64,000 nt of DNA from Monocercomonoides exilis PA203 (lineage: Eukaryota; Protista; Preaxostyla): the NCBI GenBank assembly GCA_001643675.2, contig LSRY02000038.1, positions 248,001 to 312,000 on the forward strand. Direction: 5' to 3'. Shown here piece after piece: positions 11,724 to 25,509 of the stretch. The number at the start of each line of letters is the position of its first letter. Positions within the stretch are counted from its first letter, which is position 1. The notes under the pieces are model-generated. The model had not been told where the DNA came from and ran no database searches. It was given only the letters and a program-made list of their open reading frames with translations. The translations under genes and the position numbers were made by a program.

Positions 11724-13085
11724 TTCATTTGCTTTTTTTTGATTTTCTTCTTTATTTGAATGGTCGGTTATTTATTGAGACCTTATTTTTTTTTTTTTTT
11801 TTGATTTTTTTTTTTTGATTTTTATTTTTTGATTTTGTTTTTTTTTTTAAATTTTATTTCCATGTTGTTGGAGTTAAAGAACTCCTCTGAATGGTTTGAA
11901 AGATTAAGTGATTTTTTTAATGAGCATGAATATTCATTGCTATTATGTTCTATTGTGAGATTATATTTTTATTCAATTTTGTTTAATTATGTTTTATTTC
12001 TTATCGTTTTCATTTTTATTAACTGTTTTATAATTTCTCAATTTTCAATTCCAAGGATAATTTTGATGGTATATTTTAAGAAAAAAATTGAAAGTGCATT
12101 ATTCTGTATATTCGGGCTTTTTAAATGTTGTCCAAACATTATCCATTTTTCTTTCCAGGTTTTTCGTTATTCACTTCGCGTTGATGAAATTAAAATGAAT
12201 TTCTTTTTAATCTTCTTATTTTTGTTTTGTTTTCTTTTTTTTTCATTCGGATTTTGTAAAATAAAAAATTAAAATTTCTATTATTTGATCCTCTGGTAAT
12301 ATTCGATCAAAAAAATTAGCATAAATATATGAAATAATGTATGATGAAATGAACAAATAATTTTTGAATTGTTAATCGTGTATTCTGCGACAACAACCGA
12401 TTTGTAATGAATTTTGAAAAAATAAACATGCTTGCAAGAATATCTCGAATTAATCAAAATTATTTACAACAATCACTTTCATTTTTAATTCCAGTATTCG
12501 TTTTTTGTCCAGATCTCACACACAGACAACTTTCTCATTGAAATCATTAAGAATTAATAATTAAAAAAACAATAATTGGAAAATTGTCTTTCATGTTCCA
12601 CGAAGCTATATTCGATAATAAAACAGAAATTTTATGGGGATTTTAAAAAAATAAAATAATAATTAAAAATTTTAAACACAATCAAATTTCTCTTCAAAAT
12701 AATTAGTTCTAAAATTTTTATTGTTTCATTTGCAATACAATTAAAAAAAGGAGAGACGATTTTTGCAACAAAAAATACAAAATAATTTCACTCTCATTTC
12801 AAATATTCACAATGCTAATAATTGTAATATTTGTAACAACGAAATAACAAGTCCCATTATATAAGTATGGCTGAGATCAAATGAATAATGTTGAAAGTGG
12901 AGAGATTGCGGTGCATACCCAGATAAAAGTTGTATGTACCGGTCACATTTATTTATTCAATTGAAAAAATATGATCATTTGCATATTTATGCCAATTTAC
13001 AAAGCAAGAATTACTTTTTTGTTTTTTATCTCTTCCTCATGTGAACAAATTTTTTCACAGTTTATTACAAAGGATAAAATGTGGA

Positions 13086-13535
13086 ATGAATTATGATGAC
13101 CTTATTTCATCATTATCTTTTAAAGCAGCCCCCCACACAAATCATCAATTACTTTCACAAATTTCGTCTGAAACATTAAGCCATGATGAAAAAGAGTTAA
13201 CTTTTCTTACTCCAACTATTACTCCATCAAGGTCTTTAAATAATACAGAAATTTCGAATTTTGTTGTTCGTCCACATAAACTTCACAAAACGACAATTTT
13301 TGAAGATGAATGTGATTCTCAGTTAACAAATATTTCAGAAAAAAGAATTATGTTTTCTTCAGATAACAATTTCGGTGCCCCTATAACCTTTGCACAAAAT
13401 AGATCATTTTTTAATCAAAAACATCCGTCTTATGCATTTATTCCTTCAACATTATTTTGCTTGCACCGAAAAACAGATGGGGAAGGAAAAATTGACGTTT
13501 GCATAATTTTACTTGTTAAAACGTTCAATTGTTTA

Positions 13536-13567
<32 letters not shown>

Positions 13568-14598
13568 GTGCTATTCAGATAAAAATTGAAGGAATTTTGC
13601 AGAGATACAAAGGAAGAATAGAGAAAGATGAGATGATTGAAGAGCTAATGCCGTTGTTTCGTTTGCCGAAATGGCTTGGGAGTTACATCTTCAGTCTCAT
13701 TAGTAACATTGATGAACAGAAAGAAATTATGAAACTGAAAAGAAAAATACGAAAAATTCGAAAAATTCGAAAAAAACAAAAAATGAGAAAAAGAATGGAA
13801 AAGAATGAGAAGAAGACAGAAAAGAGACAAAAAGCAATAAACAGAGAAAAAATAAGCGAAACAAGAAAACCAGTGGAATTTCAGCAGTCAGACGAAGATT
13901 TGGCAAATTTGCTGCGAAAGAGCAAAACAAAGCGAAGAAATGAAAGAAGTTATAGAGGATATTTTGATGAGAAAGAAGGAGGAAGGAGAGAAGGAGAAGG
14001 AGAAGAAGGAAGAAGAGAAGAAGAAAGAGAAGAAAGAGAAAGAGAAAGAGAAGAAGAAGAAGAAGAAGAAGAAGATGATGATTGTGAGGAAGAAGATAGC
14101 AGTGAAAGGCTTATTTCAAAGAGGATGAGTATTTTGAAGGGAGAAAGAAAAGAAGAAGAAGAAGAGGAAGAAGAAGGAAGAGGAAAAGAAGAAGAAGGAG
14201 AAGAGGAAGAGGAAGAAGAAGAAGAATTATTTAAAAGGATTTTGAATCAATCGCATAAATATTTCAGTTCTATCTATAATTCAGAAGAGATAGATAGAGG
14301 ATATTATGAGAGGAGAGAAGAAGAGGAGGAGGTGGAGGAAGAAGAAGAGGAGGAGGAAGAGGAGGGAGAGGAAGAAGAAAGAGAAGAAGAAGAAGAAAAC
14401 GAAAAAGAAGAAGAAAAGACAAATGAAAAGAAAATAAATGAAGAAAAAGAAAATGATATTATTATTAGTGAAAAGGAAAATGAGTCAGAAATGAACAAGA
14501 AAGATGAAGAAAATTTGAAGTCAAAACAAACAAAAACAATTGAAAAAGGAAAAGAAAGAGAAAGAGAAAGAGCATCAAATTCTTCATCAGCTTCAACA

Positions 14599-14630
<32 letters not shown>

Positions 14631-15505
14631 TTCTCCCTCTTCTTCTTCAAATTCCTCTTCTTCTCCCCCCTCTTCTCCCTCTTCCCTCTCTTCTTTATCC
14701 ACCCACCAAGTTCTTCTCTTCTATCATCGCTATATTCACAACAAGTCCAATGAAGATGTCATCTTCTTTTTGTTTTGGCAGAAGAGAATGACAAAAGATG
14801 GAATGCCCTTTTTGATGCCTGAAGATTGGAAGAGATTGGTTCATGGTGTGTTGGTTTTAGAAGAGATATATTTTTTGTTTTTTATTTATTTATTTATTTA
14901 TTTCTTATTTTATTGTATTTTTAACATTAAATTTTATATTTTGCATGCTGTTTAATTTGTTTTTGTGTTTATTAATTTATTTTTTCTTTTCTTTTCTTTT
15001 CTTCTTTTTTATTTTCTCTCTCTCTCTCTCTTCTCTTCCTTTTCTTCCGTCTTCCCTCTTCCCATTCCCTCTTCCTCCTTCTCTTCTTCTCCTCTCTTCT
15101 CCTCTCTTCTCCTCTCTTCTCCTCTCTTCTCCTCTCTTCTCCTCTCTTCTCCTCTCTTCTCCTCTCTTCTCCTCTCTTCTCCTCTCTTCTCCTCTCTTCT
15201 CCTCTCTTCTCCTCTCTTCTCCTCTCTTCTCCTCTCTTCTCCTCTCTTCTCCTCTCTTCTTCCCTCTTCTTCCCTCTTCTTCTCTCTTTCCTCTTCTTCT
15301 TCCCTCTTCTTCCCCAGCCCTCCTCTGTTCCCACCCAGCCCTCCATTTCCTCCTCTCCTCTGAAGAATTCCTCAATCGCTATGAAAACACGGTGGTTGAG
15401 CGTATTTTGTATGAATTTGGCTGTTTAGACGACGAAAGAGTGAGTCTGAGTGAGATGAGGGAGAAAGGGAAGAGAGGGTGGATGATGGAGAAGGAGGAGA
15501 AGAAA

Positions 15506-15538
<33 letters not shown>

Positions 15539-18500
15539 AAATATAAAGAAGAAAAGAAAGAAAGAAAAGAAGAAATAACTTATGCTTCTATATCTTCTTC
15601 TTCTTCCTCTCTTTCTTCTTCTTCCTCTTCTTCTCTTTCCTCTTCCTCTTCTTCTTCTTCTTCTCTTTCTTCTTCTTCTTCCCCTTCTTTCTCTCCCACC
15701 TCCTTCCTCTCTCTCCTCCTCTCTCTCGATTCCTGTCCCGATGCCTCTTCTTTCCCTTCCGTCTTCTCCTACAAGCACTTCTATGTTCTATCCTTCCTAT
15801 TTTGGACACTCGACTCTTCCCACAAGAAGTATCTTCTTCTCTCTGACCTGCGAAATTACGACAATGGAGGGTTGAATGAGGAAGTATTGAAGAGGATTTT
15901 TGAAGGAGAGAAAGGGAGAAAGCTGAAAGGGCCGATGCTGAAGAAGAAGAAGAAGAAAGAAGAAGAAGGAGAAGAAGAAGAAGAAAAGGAAGAAGAAGAA
16001 GAAAAAGAAGAGAAGGTGATTGTGGGTGGGGAGGTGAGGGAGAGGAGGTGGGTGGAGGAAGAGGAGGAAAGAGAAGAAGAAGAGGAAGAAAGAAGAGAAG
16101 AGGAAGAAGAAAGAAGAAGAAAAGAAGAAGGAAGAGAAGGAAAAGAAAAAGGAGGAAGAAGAAAAGGAATGAGATGGAAGAGGAGAAGGAGGAAGAGGTT
16201 GAAGAAGAGGAAGAAGAGGAGAGAGAGAAAGAAGAAAGAAGAGATGAAGAAAAAAGTTGGAAGTGAAAAAGAAGAGGCAGAAGAAGATGGAATGAAAGAA
16301 GTGAAGAGCGAAAAGGAAAAGATTGCACATCAATTGGAAGTCACACAAAATATTTCTTCTTCTTCTTCTTCTTCTTCTTCTTCTTCTTTTTCTTCTTTTG
16401 AGTTATCAACTTCTTTTTATATTAATCCTTCTGCTTCATCATCATCATCTTCTTCCTCCTCCTCATCCTCATCCTCATCCTCATCCTCATCCTCATCCTC
16501 CTCATCCTCCTTTCCTCTCTCTTCCTCTTCTTCCCTTTCCTCCCCCTCCTACCCCTCCTCCTCCATGAGCTATTCTGATTTCGTGTGGTTTGCAATGAGC
16601 GAAGAAGACAAGCAGAACAAGACATCCATTCGCTATTGGTTCAGAGTGCTTGACGGAGATGGAGACGGGCTGGTGAGCGGGTGGGAGATGGAGGAGCTGT
16701 ATGAGAGAGGGAGAAAGGGGAGAAGGAGAGTGAGAAACGGGAGAGGAAGAGAAGGAAGAGAAGGAAGAGAAGGAAGAGAAGGAAGAGAAGGAAGAGAAAA
16801 AGAAAAAGAAGAAACAGAGTTTGGGATTGAAAAGTGGGTGAATAGCAAAGATGATGGAGAAGAGGAAGAAAGAAGGGAAGAAGAAGGAGAAGAAGGAGAA
16901 GAAGAAGAAATGTATGCAGATGTCGAATGGAGTAATGTGTGGGTGCAGTTGAACGAGATGGCCAAGAGCAGATGGCAGGAATGGAGAAGAAGGACGAGAG
17001 AAAGATTGAAGGAGGAAGGAGAGGAAGAGGAAGAGAAGAAGGAGGAGGAAGAGAAGAATAGAGAAAAAGAAAGAAGAGAAAGAGAAAGAGGAGGAGGAGG
17101 AGGAGGAGGAGAAAGAAGAAGAGAAGAAGAAGAAGGAAATGACGAAAAAGACGAAAAAGACGAAAAAGATGAATTGAAGGAGAGTTTAAATGAGACAAAA
17201 GAAGACGAAAAAGATGCTCTTCGCACAGAAAAAGAAAAAGGAATAAATGTGAATGAAAATACAAAAGAAAAAGAAGAAAAAGAAGAAAAAGAAAAAGAAG
17301 AAAGAAGAGAAGAAACTGAAGAGGAAAGAAGAGAAGAATTACCTTCTTTAAATCCGAAATTTTCGAATGAATTTGAAAAAAACAAAAATTTTCAAGAAAA
17401 TTCAGATACAACTTTGCAATTAACATCAACTCAATTAACATCTCATTCATTTCTTCCTTCTTCTTCTTCTTCTTCAGCTCATATTGATTCATCATCATTT
17501 TCTTCTTCTTCTTCTATTTCTTCTCTATCTTCTTCTTCAGTTCAAATAAACTCTTCTTCATCTTCTTCTCCTTCTCTTCCTCTTTCTTCTTCTTCTTCTT
17601 CTTCTTCTTCTTCTTCTTCTTCTTCTTCTTCTTCTCTTTCTCCATTTCATTCATTTCAATCATTTCATTCTCTCAATTCAACCTCTGACACATCAACATC
17701 ATCAACATCGCTATTAACTTCTCTTCCCTCTCTCCCTTCTGTTTCTTCTTCTTCTTCTTCTCCTCCTCCTCCTTCTCCTTTTCTTTCTCTTCCATCATCA
17801 TCATCTTCTTCTTCTCATTCTCCTCATTCAATTCACTCCATCCACCCCCACTTCCGTGATTTCCTCTCTCTGTCTCAAACGTCTCTCTCTCTTTCTGATC
17901 TCTCTCTCTCTCATTTGAGCGCCCCTTTCATCAACACACTCACAAACAGACACAAATTTGCGCAGCAAGAATCGTCTGAGTCGTTTTTGGCGAGGGACTG
18001 GGAGAAAGAAGGGAAGAGGTGTGAAAAGGGGGAAAGAAATAGAGAAAGATGAAAGGAATAATAAATAAATTTTCTTTTCTTTTCTTTTTCTTTTTCTTTT
18101 TCTTTTTCTTTTTCTTTTTCTTTTTCTTTTTCTTTTTCTTTTTCTTTTTCTTTTTCTTTTTCTTTTTCTTTTTCTTTTTCTTTTTCTTTTTCTTTTTCTT
18201 TTTCTTTTTCTTTTTCTTTTTCTTTTTCTTTTTCTTTTTCTTTTTCTTTTTCTTTTTCTTTTTTTGAATATTTATTTTTCTTTTTTATTCAGTGTTTGGG
18301 ATCATTTTGCAGACGAGCAATACAACAGGCTGATCTACGAGAACACAGAGAACGGAGAAGAAGGAGAAGGAGAAGAAGCAGAAGAAAACACAGCCACAAC
18401 ACATCGATTAGACAAAGAAGAAGAAGACGACGAAGACGAAGAAGACAATTATGAATTGGATGAGGGCGATGAGCTGTTTAGAGGTGGTTTTGAAGGAAAT

Positions 18501-18677
18501 GAAGGAAATGAAGGAAATGAAGGATGTGAAGGGAGGAGAGAAAGAAGAGAAAGAAGTGAAGAGAGTGGAAAGGAGGAAGGAAATGAATCGTTTTTGGTGT
18601 TTTTGAGTCAAAAACAAGGAGAGCTGAAAGATAGCGTGTATTTTGATGGTCTGGAGCTGGATGATGGGTTTTGCTGA
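13086..18677 (+). CDS. Protein phosphatase 2A regulatory subunit B'' (PR72/PR130 family, EF-hand), ~1587 aa with low-complexity inserts; exons 13086-13496, 13579-14845, 15318-18018, 18293-18677
   Basis: Family motifs LLCSHPALHFL...RYENTVVERILY, FSYKHFYV..LFWTLD, MSYSDFVWFAMSEEDK...SIRYWFRVLDGDGDG, SVWDHFADEQYNRL. GT-AG introns keep the frame (4764 nt in total). The start codon is less certain. Confidence 0.9.
15081..15260 (+). repeat. (CCTCTCTTCT)n minisatellite in PP2A B'' intron 2
   Basis: About 17 perfect 10-bp units. It explains the spurious N-terminus of ORF 14945-18052. Confidence 0.95.
18075..18265 (+). repeat. (TTTTTC)n microsatellite in PP2A B'' intron 3
   Basis: Directly visible; source of the spurious poly-Phe ORF. 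Confidence 0.95.
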
Positions 18678-19181
18678 TAAATAGCGTTTTTTCTATTTAA
18701 TTTTATTTTATTTTTGTTCTTTGTTCACTTCAATTTACAAGATAAACAAGAATTTTTTTAGATCATTGAGACAAGGAAAAATATGTTTCTGATTGTGGTT
18801 CTTTCAAAAAAAGAAAAGAAGAAGAAGAAGAAGAAATTACAGGAAAAACATTAAAACAAAGCACAAGAACAAATTAAGGAGCTTATGAAAATAGTTAAAT
18901 AACGAAAGAATTGCAAATTTAGAAAGAATTTCCAAGAGAAAAAATGGTGAAAGCACAGCATTTGTTGTTGAATTTCATGAAGAAAGCGAATCGAAGCAAT
19001 TTGCAATTTGTTTTATGTTTCGAATTTTGTCACTTTGATCGATTTTAATAAAGATTTGAAAAATGGACATTTCAAAAAAGGAATCCAACGTTTGTTGATG
19101 TTGTAAAATAGTGAAATGATGCAAAAAAAGAAGAATAATAAAAAAAAAAAAATTGTTTCAAAATTTCAGTATTTAATTTTC

Positions 19182-20627
19182 TTAAAAATAAACAAAATAT
19201 TTAGTAATATTCAACGATAGTCCACTAAAATATTTACTGTTTAGAAAAGGAAGTCTTTCATGAAAGCTTATGATCGTATCTTCGTATCCTTCTTCTTCCA
19301 TCTTTTCAAATAACTCCTTTTTTGTTGATTTTCTTTTCGCTTTTTCCGTTTCTTCATCCACATTTTCATTTAATCTTTCGCACATTCTTTCAAAAAACAT
19401 TAAAAATTCGCAAAATTGATAGTTATCAATATTTGATTGATAATTCTCCTTCAAAAATATATCCGCAGCTCCTCCTTTCAACAAGTCACCAACTTCAATT
19501 GCACGAATATATGTTGAGTTGACAAATAAATCAATGCACTTCTCTCCAATTTCTTTGTGATTTCCCTTAGCTGCAAGGTAGATCTTAACAATACTGCCAA
19601 CAAGCTCAACAAATTCTTCACTCCACGATTTGCACCAGGTTAAGTAAAATTCCAATGCTTGAAGCCATCTCAATAAAGCAATCTCTTCTTTCTTTTCCTT
19701 TCCTCTCACATCTTTCTCCCTTTTCCAATCAATACACTTTGAAAGCTCTTCCAATTCTCTTATTGTCTCTCTCTCAAACTGCAATTTATTCAAAATAACA
19801 TCTTCCAAACTTCTATCATAGAACAATCGACAAATCAAAAACAGCCAAGCAGATTGATAGGCAAGTCGTGTCAGATTATAATGCTCCTGATGATATTCGA
19901 TTATTTCTGTAATCTCATTCGAATACAGCTCTTTTTTCATAATCTAATAAAATTTGGAGAAAAATACAATAGCACCAAAAGAAAAACATAAACACTCATA
20001 CACGAGATGCACAAATGTTGCTCAAAGCCAAAAAAGAAAGCTCTGCTTCTTTTTGTGCTTCTTCATTTTCCTCCTTGTTCAATGCAGCCTTCAGAAGGTA
20101 AGGAACACAGATTGGAAGCAATTCAGAAGAAAACTCGTCGTAAAGCAAGAGAATGCATTCGCAAAGGCCAGTCAGAAGCACAACATTATTTTTTTCTTTT
20201 TTCTCTTTTTCAATGATCATCTTTTCTAACCTAAATTTCAATTCAGAATGATAAAAGCCATAACTCCATTTATTCATCAATATTTTACAATATCCAATGT
20301 GCTTCAACAGAAAAATCGCATTTCCCATCGAAAGTTTCTTTTCTTCAATCATATCATCAATTTTATTATACAGCCCTATTGAAAAAACATGATCGAATTC
20401 TTTTTCATCCATCTCTTCCATGAGTCCATATGTTTCTTTGATTTTCTGTTTTTGCTCGGTTTCTGAGTAACTTTCTAGCTCGTTAAACATTTCTTCAAAA
20501 AATTTATTATTTAAGTAAAGCTCTGAACATTCAAAAGATTGAAAAATATTCTCAAACTTGAAAACTTCTCCGCACATGACAGTATCTGCATATCATTATC
20601 TGATTTTCCTTTTTTGCGCTTTTCCAT
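19182..20627 (-). CDS. Orphan helical family protein, copy 3 (3 exons)
   Basis: Exon 1 MEKRKKGKSDNDMQILSCAEKFS followed by GTTTGA. ORFs 19996-20577 and 19182-19940 carry [10 protein letters not shown] and KMEEEGYED. Confidence 0.85.
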
Positions 20628-20724
20628 TCTATTTATCGTATGCAAAGATCAATTTTCCTCAAAATTTCAAATAAAACCAAAATTACAAAAATAATAACAC
20701 TACTTTTTGATATAGAAAAGATAA

Positions 20725-21960
20725 TAGTCAAACTCAATTCCTTTGCTTAAGTGAAATCAGTGTTAAAAAAGAAATCACAAAGAAGCCAACGGTATTTGCA
20801 ATATTTAACCAAATACAAAAGAATTTAATTTCTATCTGATCGAACCAACATTAAATCATCTCATTGAAATGGATGACATGGGACAAAATATTTTGATTTA
20901 TGAATTTTGTTCCATTCTTCACTAACAAATATTTATCTCATTTTTTGAATTTTTCTGTAATTATTTGCATAGTTACGATTGATTTACAATGAAATTATTG
21001 CAGAAAAAGTTTGGAACACATCTCTGTTTTTTCATTATTGCAGAAATTTTGTCCCACATTTGGATTGAAATTTTTGAACATATAGGGATATGTGTCACAT
21101 ATCGTTGACATTGAATATCAAAATAATTTCTATTTGTCTATTCTGAGCGTCATGAAGAAGAGACAATAAATAGTTTTGAAGAACAAAACAAAAAAGTGAT
21201 AAAAAGGAAACAGTTTGATAGTTAATTTTTTGCATCAAGGAATCAATACAAATTCAACTCAAACATTGATTTTTCAATTTTTGCGATCACATTTAGAGAT
21301 ATTTGGTAGTTTTTCTTCTTCTTAAAATTTTTTTCTGTTATTTCAAAATGTTTGCTGGTTTCTGTCTATATTTCGATTTTTTGTGTTCGTTGAAATTATA
21401 AACAATTGGAATTCTTTTATAATTAGTTGCTTTCTTGAGTTGGTTGTTCAGGCCGAAGGAAAATTGATGGAGGGAATCAAGCTTTCTTCAATTCACATTT
21501 TTTTTTGGTGTTCGCGCTCATGATAACTGAACGCCTTGGGAGCAAAATCAACGTAACAATGGGCAGCATTGTTAATTGAGCATTGAAAGAGATTCTATTA
21601 CAAAAGGTTTTGAATCTTCATGAAGATGAAAAAATTTGAGGAGAAGGAAGAATAATGCAATATGCGAAACCAAGCACATGCGGAATTTTGAGTGCATTTT
21701 AATCTATTAAAAATTTCACGGTTATGCATCTTGAAGTGTATTTGTCTGCAAAGTCACTTTTTTCATTTTTTGGGAAATCCTCATTTTGGGTTGTTTTGTT
21801 TGTTTTTGATTCACCGATATCAGTGTGGATTTCGAGGCAAAACTTGAAGCAACACGAACGACATCAAAACGAGTCCGACAAGACAAAACAGACTACAATA
21901 GAAATGTTTGATAAAATTTAGGTGTGTAATCCTATTTTTGTAACGTTTATGCATTTTTTA
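20725..21960. repeat. Upstream module U, second copy
   Basis: Colinear with 6330-7400 apart from an insertion at ~20878-21057. Confidence 0.8.
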
Positions 21961-22108
21961 TTAAAATAAGAAAGAAAGAAAGAAATCATAAAAAATACAA
22001 ATTACTCACACTTTTTCGGCAATTTTATTTTTAAGTTTTCCATTTTTCTTTTTGCGTTGCATCACTGTTCTTTTGACTTAAGTGAGTAAATAAAAAAAAA
22101 ATAATTGG

Positions 22109-22857
22109 TTGGGAAGAGATGATAAAAAGGGAGGAGGAAATGTGGAGAAAGAAAAGAAAAAAAGAGAAGAAGAAGAAGAAGGTGATGATGATGATGAAGA
22201 CGAAGACAAATATGAATTGGATGAGGGCGATGAGCTGTTTAGAGAAAGTTTTGAAGGAAATGGAGAAAATGGAGGATGTGAAGGGAGGAGAGAAAGAAGA
22301 GAAAGAAGTGAAGAGAGTGGAAAGGAGGAAGGAAATGAATCGTTTTTGGTGTTTTTGAGTCAAAAACAAGGAGAGCTGAAAGATAGCGTGTGTTTTGATG
22401 GTCTGGGGCTGGATGATGGGTTTTGCTGATAAATAGCGTTTTTTCTATTTAATTTTATTTTATTTTTGTTCTTTGTTCACTTCAATTTACAAGATAAACA
22501 AGAATTTTTTTAGATCATTGAGACAAGGAAAAATATGTTTCTGATTGTGGTTCTTTCAAAAAAAGAAAAGAAGAAGAAGAAGAAGAAATTACAGGAAAAA
22601 CATTAAAACAAAGCACAAGAACAAATTAAGGAGCTTATGAAAATAGTTAAATAACGAAAGAATTGCAAATTTAGAAAGAATTTCCAAGAGAAAAAATGGT
22701 GAAAGCACAGCATTTGTTGTTGAATTTCATGAAGAAAGCGAATCGAAGCAATTTGCAATTTGTTTTATGTTTCGAATTTTGTCACTTTGATCGATTTTAA
22801 TAAAGATTTGAAAAATGGACATTTCAAAAAAGGAATCCAACGTTTGTTGATGTTGTT
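22109..22857 (+). pseudogene. Duplicate of the PP2A B'' last-exon 3' part and its 3' flank (copy of ~18430-19105)
   Basis: YELDEGDELF...GLxLDDGFC* plus ~430 bp of essentially identical downstream sequence. No upstream exons are present. Confidence 0.9.
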
Positions 22858-22924
22858 AAATTGTAAAATGATGCATTAAAATTAAATATTTTGAGTAAAA
22901 ATTTAAAAAATGCGTTTCATTTCC

Positions 22925-24359
22925 TTAAACATTTACAAAATATTTAGAAATATTCAACGATAGACAACTAAAATATTTTCTGCCTAGAAAATCAAATAAT
23001 TCACAAAAGCTTGTGATGTCATCTTCGTATCCTTCTTCTTCCATCTTTTCAATGATCTTTGAAAATACCTTTCTTTTCGCTTTTTCCTTTTCAACATCAC
23101 CCTTTTTCTTCGATCGATTTGAAATATTCATAAAGAATTGCGCGTTTCCATTTACCACATTGTCATTCAATGTTGGCCTTTGAATCTCCTCCAAAACAGC
23201 ATCGACGGCTCCACTTTTCAACAAATCTTCAATTTTCACAGAACTGTTACCTGCAACATACATAAATGAAAGAGTGCATATTCCACAAATGTCTGTGTAA
23301 TTATGCTTCGCTGCTCGAAAGATTTGAACAATGTTGTTAACAAGCCTAGAATATTCTTCATTCCACCATGTGTGCGGGAAGAAGTTGAAATTCATAATAT
23401 GGAGCCATCTCACCAAAATTCGAATTTCTTGTGATTCTTTTGCTTCTTTTCCTCTTTCCTCTTTCTCCCTTTTCCAATCAATGGATTTCGTCAGCTCTTC
23501 CAGTTCTCTTATTGCTTCTCTGATAAAATGCAGTTCAATCACCATAACTTCTTTCAAAAATCGATCGTTGTGCAATTGGACTGCCAAAAAGAACCACGCT
23601 GACTGATAAGCGAGTCGTGTCAGATTTCTGCGTTTCTGATGATATAGGATAATCTCTTTGATTTCATTCAAATACAGTTCCTGTTTCGCAGGCTTTTTAA
23701 AAAAAAAAGAGGATAAAAATATCAATATAATCAAAAATGAAATTGAAATTCTCAAACTTCACCTCTCACAATTTGACTCAAAGCCAGCGAAGCCATTTCC
23801 ACTTCCTTTTGAGTCCCCTCGTTTTTCTCTTTTTTCAACATGACTTTCAGAAGACAAGGAAAAAAGATTGAAAACAATTCAGGTGGGATGATGTAACGAA
23901 GCATAATAAAGCATTCGCAAAGATCAACAAGAAGCTTCTCATTTTTCCCTTCTTTCTTCTTCTCTTCTTCAGCAATCATCTTTTCAATTCTTTTGATAAG
24001 TTTTGAATCGTCAAAATTGTAACTCCACATCTTAATCAGTCCTTTCCAATATCCTATGTATTTCAGCAACAAAATAGCATTTGCCAAAGTTAATTTCTTT
24101 TCTTCAATCATTTGATCTATTTTATCAAACATTTCTTTTGAGAAAATGGAATTAAATTCTTCTTCATCCATTTCATCAAGCATTTCATTAATTTCTTCGA
24201 TTTTCTGTTTCTGGACATCCTTACTGCAATGTTCAAGCTCAGTAAATAATTCTGAAATGAAAATAGAAAGAAAATCGAATTTTCTGGAATTGTGTGAAAC
24301 AATGAATGCAAACCATTGAATTTATCTCTGGCCGATATCTCCTGCATTTTCTTTAACAT
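22925..24359 (-). CDS. Orphan helical family protein, copy 4 (3 exons)
   Basis: MLKKMQEISARDKFN then a GTTTGC intron. ORFs 23752-24183 and 22925-23755 carry the family motifs. Confidence 0.85.
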
Positions 24360-24790
24360 ATTTCATTCAAAAAACAACATAATTTTCATAATTCAAATTA
24401 AAAATTCACATATTAGGATCGAAGAAATATATGACAAATTAATTCAAAAAAAGTTGTAAAAAAACTCATTCAAACCATCCTTTCTTGCGAAGACATTTTC
24501 GACTTGTGTTTAAGAAGCAAAAGAACGCTTTATTATTTCTAAGTTTGTTGTTATGGAATCCATGATCTTTAAGAATCATTAAAGAGCGATTATCATTATC
24601 TTGATGAGAGAACAGGGAATGATTTAGGCCTCTGCGACACACATTTTTTGAGTGCATTTTATCGGTCGAGAAATTATTCATTTGTGGAAAAGATTGATAT
24701 GATTGTTTTTTCCCGAATTTTGCAATTCGTGAATATATCTGCATTACCTAAACTTCACTGTTTTTTTCTTTTTTTCTTTTTTTATTTTTA

Positions 24791-24837
<47 letters not shown>

Positions 24838-24929
24838 TTTTTGTTAAATATTTTTTTGATAGAACGCAGTGAGCAGGATTTGCTCCGAAATAATGAGTAT
24901 TGTTCACGATTTATGGGCGGTTTAAGTGA

Positions 24930-25505
24930 AAACTTCGCCCTCCCAAAATGACGTGGGAAAAAGGGCGAGATGAAAATATAGACAAAAACATTTAGACAAA
25001 AATAAGTGTATTTTGAATTGTCCGCATCACTTCACCTCCGACTTCGCCTTTTGCCATGATCTCGAAGACCAGAGGGCAGGGGGCATACCCCTCGGAGCTC
25101 CCTCCTGCAGGCTGTGCAGGGATCCGGTGAGGCGAAAATTAAAAACGGAGCAGAAAGAAAAACCACTCTCGCTTTCGCGAGGCGTGGAAAAGAAAACTGC
25201 GTGTATTATGCTCTGCCTCCCACTCTTCTGCTGCATCAGCAGAGCAACCCCAATCATCACACACTGCATATTAAATTTTCAATTCTTCTCTGTAAAAACA
25301 ATAATAATCTTGTAAAGGAGTAGGATCATGCTTGAACTTTTTATTTGTTTCCATGTTTCTCAAAAAAGATTCTAGGTGCACATTAATATCTTCGGGCGGT
25401 TGATCTTTTCCTCTATCCTTTCATATCTCGCCCTTTTTCTCGTCATATTCCTCCAAATATGTTTCTCTCTTACGCACCCAGCCGCATGAGTCTCTCCATC
25501 CGCGT
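24930..25505 (-). ncRNA. Candidate structured RNA domain in the 3' region of DIRS copy A
   Basis: Sense-strand hairpins CTCGC-GAAA-GCGAG, CCTGCA-CAGCC-TGCAGG, GGGG-TATG-CCCC and TGGTC-TTCGA-GATCA. Long-range inverted pair 24948-24971 / 25425-25446. Confidence 0.5.
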
Positions 25506-25509
25506 TAGT

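Noticed and set aside
14945-15317. Leu/Ser-rich N-terminus of the 1035-aa ORF and the poly-Phe ORF at 18049
   Set aside because: Both are translations of intronic satellites.
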